Numbered from the stretch's first letter, positions 43,453 to 58,031 are shown. The stretch: 64,000 nucleotides of DNA from Octopus sinensis (GCF_006345805.1 NC_042998.1:124248001-124312000), one strand, 5' to 3'. Notes: generated from the letters alone by a model not told the origin. Translations and numbers: made by a program.

Positions 43453-44349
43453 GGTAGGGAGAACGTGAGGGGGGGAGGAAGGAATGGAGATTGAGAGAGC
43501 GGAGAGAGAAATTGAAGCTTTTCGTGAATTGAATTATAAAAGTTGTGTAAAGTACTTGCAATACCAACAAGTCCGGGATAATTAAATCAACAGATATCGA
43601 CAACTTTATATAGTATTTTAGTTTACACAAATAGACATTGGTGCGTGTGAGTAGCTATGTATAATCTCTGTCTATTTTGTTGTCAGTGTCGAATATTATG
43701 AAGGTTGAGATTGTCGATCGACTGACCGAAATTTCGCCTGTTCCTAAAATCATACATGTACTGCGTTGCGTACAAGGCGACGAAAGTAAATTTATTTAAT
43801 CACGTAACCTCTTTACATTGCGTGTGTTGTATTACTTCCTTGTCGTCATTTCAATGTATTTAAAGTGATGACTCAGATGAATTGACACGGTCTGGATGCA
43901 ATATATCAAAAGAAAATAGTAATTGTTGCTATTTGCGATAATTGGATCATGGAACTGAAACAAATGTTCCTTTCAATAAATTACATAGACGATAAAAATA
44001 ATTCGCTAAGTTTAATTTCCTCGGCATGGCACATGAGTTCTTCGTTTCATTTTGTACAGCTGATAATAATGGAATCCTGATTTCTCACTAAGTTTTGGTG
44101 ACAGAGAAATTGCTATTTAAGAAAAGAGATCAGTGTGTTTCTTCCATGACAACCCTTTACGTATTTTCTTATTTTTAATTCATTATCTAGATTTTCTCTT
44201 CTGTAGTGAATTTTACTTTTCATTATTGCTGCTAAATAAATTAGATTATTTCTCAGTTATTACTATTTCTCTTATAAAACTTGTATTATTCTAGCACGAA
44301 AAATAATTATGAAAAAAAGACTTTTAGGAAGAAAGATTTTTTTTTATTT

Positions 44350-44724
44350 GTTCAGTCATTTGACTGCGGCCATGCTGGAGCACGGCTTTTAGTCGAACAA
44401 ATTGACCCCAGGACTTATTCTTTGCAAGCCTAGTACATATTCTATCGGTGACTTTTGCGGAACCTCTAAGTTATGGGGACATAAACACACCAAGATCGGT
44501 TGTCAAGCGATGGTGGGGGAACAAACGCAGACACACAAACATATGCATATATATATATATATAAGACTGGCTTCTTTCAGTTTCCGTCTACCAAATCCAC
44601 TGACAAGGGTTTGGTCGGCCTGAGACTATAGTAGAAGACACTTGACCAAGGCATCGCCTAGTGGGACTGTACCCGGGACGATGTGGTTGTAAGCGAGGTA
44701 CTTACCACACAGCCACTCCTGCGC
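44350..44724 (-). mobile_element. SINE family A, full length
   Basis: Reverse complement of the family A head, body and tail. Confidence 0.93.
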
Positions 44725-44897
44725 TTTATATAGATAGTAATATTTGCAATATCATTGGTAGCAAGGATTTCTAATTTAGGTGCAAGGTAAAAATTTCGAG
44801 AGGAGGAAGCAAATCAATGTCACTGAACCCAATGATTGACTGGGTACTTCATTAGGTCGTCTCCGGGAAGGGGGTGGCTGAAAGAAAAACAATAATA

Positions 44898-45070
44898 GGC
44901 TGTGTGGTAAGTAGTTTGTAGTAAGAAGCTTGCTTCCCAACCATATGGTTCCGGGTTTAGTCCCACTGCGTGGCATCTTGGGCAAGTGTCTTCTACTATA
45001 ACCTCGGACTGACCAAAGCCTTGTGGGTGGATTTGGTTGACGGAAACGAAACTGAAAGAAGCTCGTCGTG

Positions 45071-45103
<33 letters not shown>

Positions 45104-45344
45104 TATATATATGTATATGTGTGTGTGTGTTTGTGTATTTGTCTGTGTTTGTCTTCCCACCATCGCTTGGCAACCGATGTTGGTGTTTTTACGTCCCCGT
45201 AACTTAGCATTTCTGCACAAGAGACCAATAGAATAAGTACTAGGCTTACAAAGAATAAGTAATGTTGTCTATTTATTCGACTAAAGGCCATGCTCCAGCA
45301 TGGACGCAGTCAAATGACTGAAACAAGTAAATGAATAAAAGAAT
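44898..45344 (+). mobile_element. SINE family A, near full length
   Basis: Head, internal (TA)/(TG) tract, tail CAGTCAAATGACTGAAACAAGTAAA. Confidence 0.93.
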
Positions 45345-47866
45345 ACAATGGTAACAACGATAATAATTGCTTGTCTTCCCATTTTGGGGATTTTGTTCTT
45401 TCGTTGCATTTTTGTACTTCGTTTAAAAATTAATTCTATTAAATTAACTAACTAGAAAAATCTCATTTATTTTCTGCAGTTCTGTAGAAGCGCATATCTG
45501 CCTATCTCTCTGTATATATTACACTTCCTCTCTGTCGCGCTTCTGTATGAATTCCCCGAGTTGGGAAAATAACAGATATATATACGTATACAAATACATA
45601 AGTGGCAATTTTCAAATTCGGTGATTATTGATTCACCTGACATATACATTATCTCACAAAACGTAACATGTTTATTCAAACAAACAAATGCCTGATCAAT
45701 ATTTAGTCATGACTTTGGAACCAAAATGTTTGATTCCTTTAATTGGTATTTAAACTGGGCATGAAATAGATTCTCCAAAATTCAATAATAATTCCTTGCA
45801 AAAGAAATTATTCTCTTTCTTGATAATTGAGATTTATTACTCTCGGTTAAACATTAATACACTTGAGTAGAAATTAACAAAAGCTATATCACAAGAGTGG
45901 GAAAAAAACGGATTTACTATTGTCAGAGTTCAAATTGTGGGAGAGTTCGGTTTGCTTTTCTACTATGTAAGATCAATAAACAACAAACGGTTAATTGCAT
46001 TTGCTTTCGCTGGTTTCAACCAAAGACTGCGGCAGAACTGGAGCAACCCCTTTAGTATGTTTGGTTTTTATTTCACACTCACTTCTTGGCTCTTTCTCTC
46101 GAATTGCTTCTGGTAACGTAGCAAGTTGGACAGAGCAGGTCTTCTTAGTTGAATTCGGGTTAACCCCTTCTATGCAAAACGGTGCGTGGACCCCGAGAAA
46201 GTTAATCGATATATTCTTCTTACCTGTAAATTATCGAGGTCACGTTCTTTTTAAAGTTGTTATATTTATTTATGACCAGAAGTTTGAATATAATTTTATA
46301 CAAATCTTAAATCAAATTTTTTTTCTTGATTAACAAATAAAAACTACTCAAGGAGTAGGCAGTAAAGTTAAAACAAGGTTAACCATCTTATGTGACCTTC
46401 TTGCTACATGAAAAACTAGCACCTCCCTCAACATTTTCATGATCTCTAAGACTGGTGGGGTAGGGGAGTTACGCTCAGACGTGAGATCTGGCCCGAATGA
46501 TAACAACAATAGCAGACTCGCCAAAGTTCACCAAAAAACAACATTAAATTTACCTTCCAGTTTCATTCACAACGCTGTCAATCACAGGAGCGATAATTGT
46601 TTTTGTTTTTTTTATGTAGGGAGTCGATAAAATACATGCCGGTGAAACAATATGATTCATTCAGTCTCCATTGTCTCCCTTATTTGAGTAGTCGACTAAA
46701 ATCTTTTATTTACTTTGACAGAAATATTTGTTCAAATTGACAAGTACTGCACAGTTGGCACTAAAAGTATTGTTCTCATTCCATAGTCAGGAACTAATGG
46801 AAAACGTAAACGTACGCAAATTTCAATTCTTTGGAAACTACTTATCGGTACTGAATTTTTTGTCAGGTCACTCGAGAATACAAAAGTGTAGAGGGTATGT
46901 TACAATCGCAAATATTCTTGTGACCATCCAGTTTCTATATTTCTTTACTTCACTCACATACACATCTTATTTCATTCTTTTTTTTTTAATATACGTTTCT
47001 TACAAATCGATATTTCTGTTATTCGCTCGTTTTCTTTTTTACATATTTTACTTGATTTAGCATGAATTTATTTATTTATTGTAATGTAATACATTTCAAT
47101 GCTTTATGTTAGTGTCAGCTATCGATGAAAGTGTGAAAGCAAGATAGAATCCTGCGCCAGTGACAAAACATGCAACATTATCATACACGTGCTGTTGCTT
47201 AATGGTGAGCTGACCTCATACATAATACTGTATGTAACAAATGTTATCACTAACGAATGATATTACGTGACATGGTATATAATAAAGGGTTTAGGTTTCC
47301 TTTGCACAAGATTATGACAAACAAGAAAGAATGATGAAATATTTATTGATCAAATCCAAATTTGGTTTTAAGCAGACCGATTTGGAATGCTTCTGCCCTG
47401 GATTTATGCGCATTAAATGATATATATATACTACTTGATAGTCACTATAATCGAATGCATTTGGGATTTGTGGCGGCAGGGTTCATCAGATGCATATAAT
47501 TATATCGTCTGAATCAAGAGCTTTATCGTTAAAATACATGCGATGATCAAAGGGAATCTATGATTTTACATTCACAATCATCTGATGCTTCCATCTTAAA
47601 ATTGTAAAAACGAACATTCTCACCTGCTAACGAATAAAGCACCGTGTATAATAACTGAAAACTTCGCAAACGAAGTTATCTGACAGGCAACTGAAACCGA
47701 ATGAAAAGGAAGACAAAGATAGTAAGAATGGCAGTAGTTGTAGAGATAATAGCTTCACTTGTTGCATTACACGCATATATCTGAATCTTTCCTTCTTGCC
47801 CCTCTCACTATTTGTGTATGTATATATATATATATATACATAGGTGTGTATATATATATATACATA

Positions 47867-47979
<113 letters not shown>

Positions 47980-48004
47980 GGTACACGCACACACACACAC
48001 CTAC

Positions 48005-48037
<33 letters not shown>

Positions 48038-48364
48038 ATATAGTAGAATAAGAAATATAAAGTCGTAAGTACAGTATTCTATATTTGAAAAAAATGAATT
48101 GGAATGGCTTTTCCGATAATTTGTTACTTTAATAATTAGATGATTATAAGTGTGGAAAAATTATCAGGGAAGCCATTTATATTCGTTTATTCATCAGAAT
48201 ATATATACATAGAGAGAGGGAAAGAGAGAGAGAGACAAACAGACAGACAGACAGAGAAAGAGAGATTGATAGATGGATATATACATACATATATATACAT
48301 GACTATATGTATGTGTGCATATCTATACGTCTAATTATGCAGAAATACATGTATAGTGAATGCT

Positions 48365-49600
48365 TGTGGCTTAGTAGTCAGGCTATTCGGCTCATGCTCG
48401 TAAGGTCATGAGTTCGTTACTCAGCGACGCGTTGTGTCCTTGAGTAAGTCGCTTTATTTCACGTTGCTTTATTTCACGTCGCTTTATTTCACGTCTACTC
48501 AGCTGGCAAAAATTAGTTGTACCTGTAATTGAAAGGGCCAGCCGTTTCACATTCTGAGTAACACCGAAACTTCCTAAGAACTGTACATAGTCTGATCAAT
48601 AAGTATTCGGTCTGTTGCCATGGTATCGAAACTAAAGCACGCAGAGTGTAGCTGCTCGGCAAGCACAGATTGAACTGGCCTCTTCAGTGTATGCGCACTA
48701 GTTTTTAACGTTCTAGCTCACTTCTGTTTTTTACAGTGCTTGGAGGTAACGTTTGTGGAGTATGTTCGTCGTATTGACCATGACACGGAAAGTTGAGCAG
48801 AGAATCTGCATCAATTTTTTTCAAAAGGTGTGCAATACCTACTCAGGGGCGTACGCAGAGTTTTCAAAAGTTTTCATCGTTCTCGACCTCATCAAGGAGA
48901 TATTGTGCAACTGAAACCCGAGTGTCTTTTTGGTCAGCTAAAAGCAGTCTTGACACAAACTAGGCGAATACGTGTCTCATACCCAAATCTTCAGTGATAA
49001 TTGACTGAACTGAACCGTAACTAATTTGCTCATTATCTGATGACTCACGCATGGTGATTCGGCGATTTTCCCTCACAGCTGCACGCACCTATGCGATATT
49101 TTTTCTCAGTTCTGCTCATTGCAGGTCTCCCAGAACGTTCGTCACTATCGACATTTCGTCGGCCATCTTAGAAACATCTGAACCATTCATACACTTGTTT
49201 GCGGCTCATACACTCCTCACCATACACTTTCAGCAACTTTGCGTGGGCCTCTGAGCAGGTATAGCTTTGACAATATTCTCTGTCATGGTTAATGCGACGA
49301 TGACACGCTACATACCTTCCTTCGAAGCACTGCTGTAAACAGCAGAAGTAAGCTGGAACGTTAAACACTTAGTGCATATGCACAACGGAAGTTAAGGTCA
49401 ATTTGTGCCGAGCGGCTTCACTCTGCGTGCTTTGACATTGTTACTATGGCAACAGTCTGGATAGTTATTGATCAGACCTCGTATTAAGAGTATACCTGTT
49501 TGTGGAGTTCAGACACTTGCACGTTAATTTCACGAGCAGGCTGTGTGGTTGATCGGAGCAACCGGAAGATTCACCGCCGTAATCGACGGAGAGCCAGATT
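48365..49600 (+). mobile_element. tRNA-derived SINE family C, split by a mariner insertion
   Basis: Head TGGCTTAGTAGTCAGG..GAGTTCG, core GCGTTGTGTCCTTGAG..CTTTATTTCACGT (triplicated), apparently resuming after 49483. Confidence 0.75.
48586..49481. mobile_element. Fold-back mariner-derived element with two 5' ends, long inverted repeats and TA TSD
   Basis: TA|CATAGTCTGATCAATAAG ... TTATTGATCAGACCTCG|TA; transposase N-terminus on plus (MTRKVEQRICI) and minus (KVYGEECMSRKQVYEWF). Confidence 0.88.
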
Positions 49601-51202
49601 TTTTGTTTGTTTCCGTTTTCTTTTATACACGTATACGTATCATATAAATGTTTGTGTGTGTCTGTGTGATAGGTATAAAGTGTGATGTGATGTCTGTAGA
49701 TAATTAAAGTGCCCGCTTGTTGGTAAATTGAAAATATCGGTTTGTTAATGATGTTATCATAAAACAACCTACAATCAAGTTCACAAACACACAAACTGAC
49801 GCACACTCAAACACACACACATACATTCATATATAAAAACAATTTCTCTTGTGGATGCATTGCACACACATGCACACACACACACACACATAACACATGT
49901 GTGAAGGGGCAGTATATGAACATCGTATGTATACATATACATTGAGGTGAAAACGAAAAAAGGCTTTTCAGTAGTAACGCATTTTTAAGATGATCGCAAT
50001 CCCAAATATATTAAATATCACTAAATGTCATCAAAATATATGCTTTCTTTTTTTTTAATATTAATCCATACAAATTAGATAGCTTCAAACAGTAATTAAA
50101 ATTTTAGCACACATACAGAAGCTTGTAATATACCTTTGAGGAAAAACATTTCAAAGAAGATTTGGATGAATAGTATCGTATAAATCAACAAAAATATCAG
50201 TAAGGGAACGCCTGAATCGAATAACTTTAATAAATATCTTCCATAAAGTGTGTTTAATCTATAATCTATCAAATATGTCTCATGTATATAAATAAATATA
50301 AATAAATAAATATATACACAATCACACACATATATTCATACATACATAAATAGATACACATATATATTTGTGTGTGTGCGTGTATGTATATATACATGTA
50401 TGTATGTATATACTGTATAAAACATATTCCCCATTCACACACAAAGCGTTAATTGTATGAGCATTTTTAGGCAGTTAACATCGTATCTGCTTTGAATCAT
50501 TTTTTCCGATATATTGAATATGTTTCAAAGCTCATTAAAAACGTTCATTTATTTTATTGCCCATATTTCGAAGCCTTCTAAGACTATCTTAACCTTTTTT
50601 AATTCACCATTCAAATATCTGCCATGGAATTTACAGATTTGGGAAAACGCCAACTAAGCAAGTTATCTGAATTTCAGTTAATGCTAAATGGAGATTGCTT
50701 TCATTAAAAGAGAAGTACAAACGACTCAACAAATACTATTGTTGGATTCGAAAAATTAAATTGGCATAAAATGATCCTTATTGTGTTTTACATCAGAATG
50801 CTTTTAAATGCCATTGAGAAAATAAAAACTTTCGTTTCATTAAATATTTGCAGAATAAAAAAGAAAAACAGAGTTCTCAACCGGAAGAATATCGTAATAT
50901 CAAGTTTTTAAAACTAATGTTAATAATAATCTCTTATATAGACACACGTCATCAAATATTTCTGGGTGTAGGTTGTTTTCTTTTTACTCCATTATATCAA
51001 ACATAGTAATTATTTTATCGACCTCGAAGAATGAAAGAAAATGTGTTGACGTCGGTGGGATTAACTTTACACTTCATCTTCCAAAGATATTTAACATATC
51101 AGTCAAGCACTGAGGTTAATATCATCAACTATTTGCTTCTCTACTAAAATTGGTGCCCCTTGTTCCTATGTTACAAACAAATTTTGTTATTATTATCACA
51201 GT

Positions 51203-51880
51203 AAGATGGCGAGCTGGTAGAATCGTTACCACGCCGGGCAAAATGCTTACCGGCATTTCGTCCGTCATTACGTTCTGAGTACAAATTTCTCCGAGGTCGA
51301 CTTTGCCTTTCATCCTTTCGAGGTCGAAACACTGGGGTCGATGTAATCGTCTAGTCCTCACCCACAAAATTTCGGGCCTTGTGCTTTCAGTTGAAAGGAT
51401 TATCATTATTATCACTGAAGGTGACGAACTGTCAGAATCGTTAGCATGCTGAACGAAATGCTTAGCGGTATTTCGCCCGTCACTACGTTTTAAGTTCAAA
51501 TTCCGCAGAGGTCGACTGTGCTTTTCCTCCTGGTAGAGTCGATGAATTAAGTACCAGTTAAAAAGTGGTGTCGATGCAATTAACTCATCCCCGCCCCCAA
51601 AATTGATACCCTAGAGGCGAGACGAAATTTGAGACCATTATTATTCTTATCACTGAAGGTGTCGAGCTGGAAGAATCGTTGGTACGTTGGACGAAATGCT
51701 TTGCTGTATTTAATCCGATACTCCGTTCTTAGTTTAAGTCCCACCGAGGTCGACTTTGCCTTTCATCCTTTCGTGGTTGATAAATTGGGTACCAGTGGAA
51801 CATTGGGTTCGGTGTAATTGACTAGAGCCTCCCACTAAATTTCAGGTCTTGTGCCTTGAGTAGGAAGGATTATTATTGTT
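51203..51880 (+). mobile_element. Three head-to-tail copies of SINE family B
   Basis: Heads at ~51203, ~51418 and ~51657, each preceded by TTATCAC(TG/AGT)AAG. Confidence 0.88.
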
Positions 51881-52399
51881 ATCACTATCATTATTACTAT
51901 AATTATTGTTGTTGTTGTTGTTGTTATAACTACTATTACTAGTGTGCTGTATTGCTTTTTTTCTTCATGATTTTGCAAGAGAAAGATTTTGTTGCTACTT
52001 TTTGTTTGCTTTTTTTTTCTTTTTTGCAGATAGCTATTTTAGCTTTTATTGCACTATCTTTTCTTAAGTGAAACCAAATAGTACTCTCTGGGGCTCTTTG
52101 GTTGTGTAAAAATTTTGTCGCTTCGGGAAGGAATTTCTCATTAATTTTATAACGTTTACTTACCCATCCTAAATCAACTAACAATAAAGCCTGGAGTCAA
52201 ATCTTTTGTGAAAATATCAGAAAGGTGAGATCAGAGAATAGAAGAGCTGTTATAACGCTATCTTCCCACACTTAAAAGAAATCACCTCCTTCGACACCAT
52301 CAGAGCCAACCATAACACCCCGCAACAGGAGTAATAACAAAACTAACGATTAGAAAATATCAAGAACAAAGCCTAATGACAACAACAGGGAAACGAATA

Positions 52400-53350
52400 C
52401 AACAAAAGCATCAACAAAACTGAGAACGTAGAACAAAACACGCCTGCGCATTCCATCACCGACACTATTAACGTCAAAACAAAAAATGAAGCGTTTGCGT
52501 ATTCGTCGACGCCATTCACCAGACAGCAGAAATTATGCTATCGTTGGGAATATTTAAAGAGTATGAAAAACCACATCTAGATTAAATGTTGCATTAAACG
52601 TACTGAAATCCATCCGGCAAGTAATCAGCCTCAAGACTTTTCTACAGAAATTAGGGAAATAGATGAAGAGATGAAGCAACAAATACAAAAGTACCTCAGA
52701 CCCTTTGGAGCACTGAATCATTTGTCACCAGGATGCAAAAGTACAACACTGTAGATGGAAGTGCCCTACAAATATTAGGCCAGGAGCCACTCCACAACAA
52801 ATCTAAATGGGGCCGAACTAATCCTCTTCGAACTTAGCTTGTCCGTAAGTTAAAAGAAATAAAGATAGTCGACGCATTCCCGATATAAATAACTACTGGT
52901 TGGAAGGGTCCATCCTCATCGATAGAGAGGATAAACTATATTTCGCAGGTTCAGATGTTGCAGAATTAAAATTGAGCGGACCAAGAGATGGAGCTACTAA
53001 TCCAAATAGAATACCATTCCATGGCATTAATCTCGGATCTAAAGAATTTGCCAGCTGGCTCAAAACCATGTAGCCATTAAGAGTAGAAGGCTGTAGCGTC
53101 ACATGTGTGATGAAGCAAACCATCTCAATACTAGCAACGGTGATTGACTCGGTAGTTACAAGACTGAAAGTAGCAGTTATAGCAGCAACTACATTGGAAA
53201 GAGCAGCAACAAAAACAACACCATGCGTCGCCATCAAGTGCCATCATATCCCAGAAAAGAGCTAGAACAGCAACTAAAAAGCCCCAAAACAACAACTGCA
53301 TCAATGTCAGAACAATAACTTTCCAAAGACATGCTCCTCCTTGACTCACA
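52400..53350 (+). mobile_element. Possible degenerate gag-like ORF1 of a non-LTR retrotransposon
   Basis: A-rich coding-like block with LRVEGCSVTC/CDEANHL, resembling a VEGRxxxCxxCxxxGH knuckle. Confidence 0.35.
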
Positions 53351-54138
53351 CCACTCAGATATGTGTACCGAATATGACGGTTAAGAACAAAACATGTCAG
53401 TCAAAATATACTAGTAGATAGAACAAATATGAGAGATGTCTTTAAGTGGACACATATCACTCGATCCAAAATGAATATTTGCGTCTTTATAGCAACATTT
53501 TGCTCAATACTCGCGATGAGTGGCAGGCCAAAATGCAGGATTGCTTTAAGTGTCTACTTTGAATCTCAACAAGAGAGGTGGAGTGTTGCGAAAAACTGAT
53601 AATAGATGGAAATGCAGAAAGCAATGATGGTTGTTCGACGAGCAAATTGTTTAGTTTGGATGGTCTACCCCACACGCATTAATAACTAATAATGTAAAAC
53701 TATCTGAACGAATTATTGTATGCCAGACTAGTTTGGATTGCTGCTTTCTGCACCGACATCTGCTCTGTGTTTGAGTGAATGGCTACGTAATGGTGTCATA
53801 CAGTATCATTCTCTCAGTCTCATATCTGTAACAGAACTACTGTCTTGGATCAAGCGTAGACTGAGGTGTAGTGCCTGGTACGAAAAACATTCTAGGCATT
53901 CACAGGCGTTTGGGCAGTGCGATCGTTGAAAGTTCTAATTTTGCGCTCTACAGTGGATTTCCTCTCGGGTAAGTCATGATAGTTTATTTGATGTCCTGTT
54001 TACTAGCAAAATCTGTGTTAAACTTCTTTTTTCCCTCTCTTTCTCTCTTTACGCCGATATATATATATATATATATATGCACACACACACGTATATATAT
54101 ACATATATATTTATATGTTTATATGTATGTAGATATAT

Positions 54139-54201
<63 letters not shown>

Positions 54202-54205
<4 letters not shown>

Positions 54206-54527
54206 GTGGTCGTATACTGTCAACTCAATGTGACAATCCCGTAAGGGAATTACACCACCGCCATTTAGCCCTAGGAAACATCGACGTCTTCTGTCGGCTT
54301 TGACACATTTTCTGTGTTCTTATATTTGCAAAGGGCAGGCAATCACCCCCGCCAGCCGGGAGTAAGCACCTGAAGACATATGTTTCTGAGTCTATTGCTC
54401 GTCGTCAGTTCAGGGTAGCTAGTCCAGCTCGCTTGCGAAGAGCTTGCAGTCATCTCAGGGCTAAATGGCGGTGATGTAATTCCCTTACGGGACTGTCACA
54501 TTGAGTTGACAGTATACGACCACTATA
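54202..54527. repeat. 71-bp inverted repeat enclosing a 184-bp spacer
   Basis: Arms 54202-54272 and 54457-54527, 69/71 identical; left arm abuts (TA)n. Confidence 0.95.
54369..54414 (-). ncRNA. Minimal type-I hammerhead ribozyme with intact core
   Basis: CCTGAA-CTGACGA-CGAG caataga CTCA-GAAA-C atat G-TC-TTCAGG; 6-bp stem I, palindromic CATATG stem III, GUC site. Confidence 0.82.
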
Positions 54528-54581
54528 TCGCTCCACCACCGCTTATGTCTCTCTGAGACATTTAGAAATTCAATATTTCTA

Positions 54582-54612
<31 letters not shown>

Positions 54613-54693
54613 GCATACACACACATATATATATATACATATATATTTATATATGTGTATATATAAATATAAATATATAGATATAGATATATA

Positions 54694-55052
54694 GGCGTAC
54701 GAGTGTGGTAAGAAGATTACTTCCCAACCACATGGTTCCGTCCCACCGCATGGCACCTTGAGTAATTTTCTTGGCCAACCAAAGCCTTGCGAGTGGATTT
54801 AGTAGACGGAAGCTCAAAGAAGGTCCTCATATATATGTATGTGCTTGTGTTTGCCCCCCCCCTCCCCGACACAATCGCTTGATAGTCATTGTTAGTGTGT
54901 TTAGATCCCCCTAACCTAACGGTTCCGCAAAAATCACCGATAGAATAATTACTAGGCTTACAATGAATAAGCTCTGGGATCGATTTATTCGACTAAAGGC
55001 GGTACTCCAGCATGGCTGCAGTCAAATGACTGAAACAAGTAAAAGAGTAAAA
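54694..55052 (+). mobile_element. SINE family A, diverged full length
   Basis: Homologous head, body and tail. Confidence 0.9.
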
Positions 55053-55109
55053 ATATAATTATATATATATATATATATATGTGTGTGTATGTATGCATGT
55101 ATATATTAG

Positions 55110-55141
<32 letters not shown>

Positions 55142-56829
55142 GTTACGTGTTTGTGTGTGTGAGAGAGTGTGTGAGTATGTATGTATATCCGAGGGCGTAT
55201 ATGTGTGTGTGTATACCTGTGCGTGTGATTTGTTAATTTTTGCTGTAGGAAAAAATGAATGATTTTTTCTTACTTTTTGACGGTCAACATGCACCATTCA
55301 TGTATTAACTCAGAGCACCGCTCTACCCCTCCGTTCCTTTTTATCGTTTCCTTCCTTCCGCCGGAATATACTATAGGGACGCAACTAGATATCATCCTTT
55401 GCTCATTCCGAATTGATAATGTAAAACTATCTGAGCGTTAAAAAATAAAGTGTCGTTGGTATCAATAAAACCAACTGCAAACGTGTCAAACACTCACATA
55501 ATACCAAATTATCCAGATATCAGGAAACAAAATATGAAAAGTTTGCTCAGCATGTACCACTAGCCACAGTTCACATAAAATACTTTCGAAGCAATTACTC
55601 GACTTATACATACAAAAAGGTTGTGATGTAGAAGCAAATCCAGATGAAATTAAACATTGTATGAAATATTATCAATAAAACAGCCATAAAGACTCGGGCA
55701 ATAAAGATCCTTCCTCTCTGTTTATGAAAGCTAAGGATCCGTTGATAACAAGGGAAAAACATATTCATACTCCACTTCGTAAGAAAGCATATGTTATAAA
55801 TAAACAAATGTTATAAACAAATGCTAAATACAAGAATGTTACTCCTTTTCTCTGTAGGTGGACGACATTCTAATAGTAATTTCTAACATAAATAATAGTT
55901 TTTCTTTCTTTTTATATGTTTGTGTTGGAGTGCATGTCTATGTATGACGATTCAATATATTCAAATATTCTTATTCTGAAATTTGAAACACACAAATTTG
56001 AAAGATAATTAGTATGTATTTAATTTAAGTATGAAAGCTTTATTTGTGTATTCAGGTGTATTTGATACCTCAAATTACTGAAAAAAATGCATACACACAT
56101 ACACATACACCATCTAAAATGTGTTAAATAAAGTATCATTATCTATTGCAGTCTTTAGAAATTTACGAATACGATTGATATAAAAAAAGATTCTCGATGA
56201 CTGATGCCTCTTCGAAGTATTATCATGTACGGTTGCCTATTCTCAACAAAGTCTTCTCTAAGAAAGAAATATAATCACAAACTTTCGGGTTCGTTGATTC
56301 AACAAGATTCACAAGAAAGAAAAGCGATTGTATAATATTTGCATCTAATGAATAGTTATTCCTGAAACAGTAGATATTTACACTCAGCACGAGAGTCTAA
56401 TATTTTCTGTTCTGCATTTTACTATTTCTGAAGAATGACACTTCAAACAATTACAGTTAATAAAATTGACTTAAGCTTCTATATCTTGTAACTGTTCCAG
56501 AAACGTAAATCACACGAGCAGAAAGTTACTGAAATTTATATTGCTTTACAAACTTAACACTGCAGCATGCCGAAAGCTACTACTAGGATACTATAGCAAT
56601 AGAAATAAGAAAGTCGTTGCAGGAAACTGAATACATACATGATAGACGATCCCAAGTGTACAGTTCATACTAAATTCTAAATTTGTTAGAAAATCACTTT
56701 CAAAACTAACATAAACTATTTCAAATATAATTAAAAGTAAAATATAATAAAAGAATTTAACTGCGAAAATCATAAACACTGTTATTTAGCTACCATTAGC
56801 AGAAACGAAACCAGTTGTTCTGCTGTTCT

Positions 56830-57175
56830 TCGACGCTTAATTACTTACTCAGAGAATTCTTGAAATTAGTGTACCTCGTGTACGAAGTGCATTCACCCAA
56901 CGTAAGATTATGTTACGGGTGGCAACAACCTGATTTCGGTGAATGGTGAAGTGGCGCCGAAACGTACGCTGAACTGCTGTGACAGACTGGTTATTCTTCA
57001 GGTAACTGTCTAGGCAATCATGCAATGCTCTATCGCCCAAAGCGCCATGGCTTCACCTGTAAAGAAAAAAAGGCCAATACACCACGGACTGAATGGTACA
57101 TGTAGGACATAAGTCTCTCCCCTGGCGCTGAGTAATAGCCATTTCAAAAACGTCCGTCTTCTCTGCTCCACCCTG
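56830..57175 (-). mobile_element. 5' fragment of a Tc1/mariner element (DUF4817-like HTH)
   Basis: TIR TA|CAGGGTGGAGCAGAG; SVTAVQRTFRRHF..RNIILRWVNALRTRGTL. Confidence 0.8.
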
Positions 57176-57779
57176 TATATTGCTATTTATTTGCCAGTCA
57201 CACTCACACGGCTACACATATACAGAACACACATAAACGCACAAGTAAACACATATTTTCTAAGTTTGACTCAACTAAACGTTACTAAAATGTTGTGAGT
57301 GTAGGAAACGTCCACCTCGTTTGGTCTTCAGATAGAGAGAAGAAAGAATCAAAAGAGTCAAATGGGCTTTTGGTAATTAAGCTTCCATTGGGCAGTTCAC
57401 TTCATTTGTTTGATAAATGTAATCGTCAGCTATTTTAATCATATTTTTAGTATACTTGATGCAGGGTGGATAAAGACTTCACTTTGACACCAATATTTGC
57501 ATTGGATACACTACATAACAAATAAGAACTTGGTCCCAGTAGGTACATTAAATAGGAGTCTGTAGACTATGAAGAATTTGGAAACAAGAGGAGTGGTTAG
57601 TGTTTTGACGGTGTTAATTTATGAATGTGTTCTCGTGACCGACATGAGTAGGACTTAATTCTACACGCAAGAATAATTTATATATAAAGATATATAAATT
57701 ATTTCTTCACGAAAGACATTTAAAAAATCCTAACACTATCTATTTGCAAACATCGAAATGAATTTCTTGCCGACTCAAC

Positions 57780-57833
<54 letters not shown>

Positions 57834-57889
57834 TATATATACTCATATATATACATATATATATGTATATATATACATATATATGTATG

Positions 57890-58003
<114 letters not shown>

Positions 58004-58031
58004 ATATATATATATATATGTATATATATAT

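Noticed and set aside
52893-53349. Hydrophobic minus-strand ORFs of 114 and 72 aa
   Set aside because: Antisense shadows of an A-rich, probably TE-derived plus-strand block.
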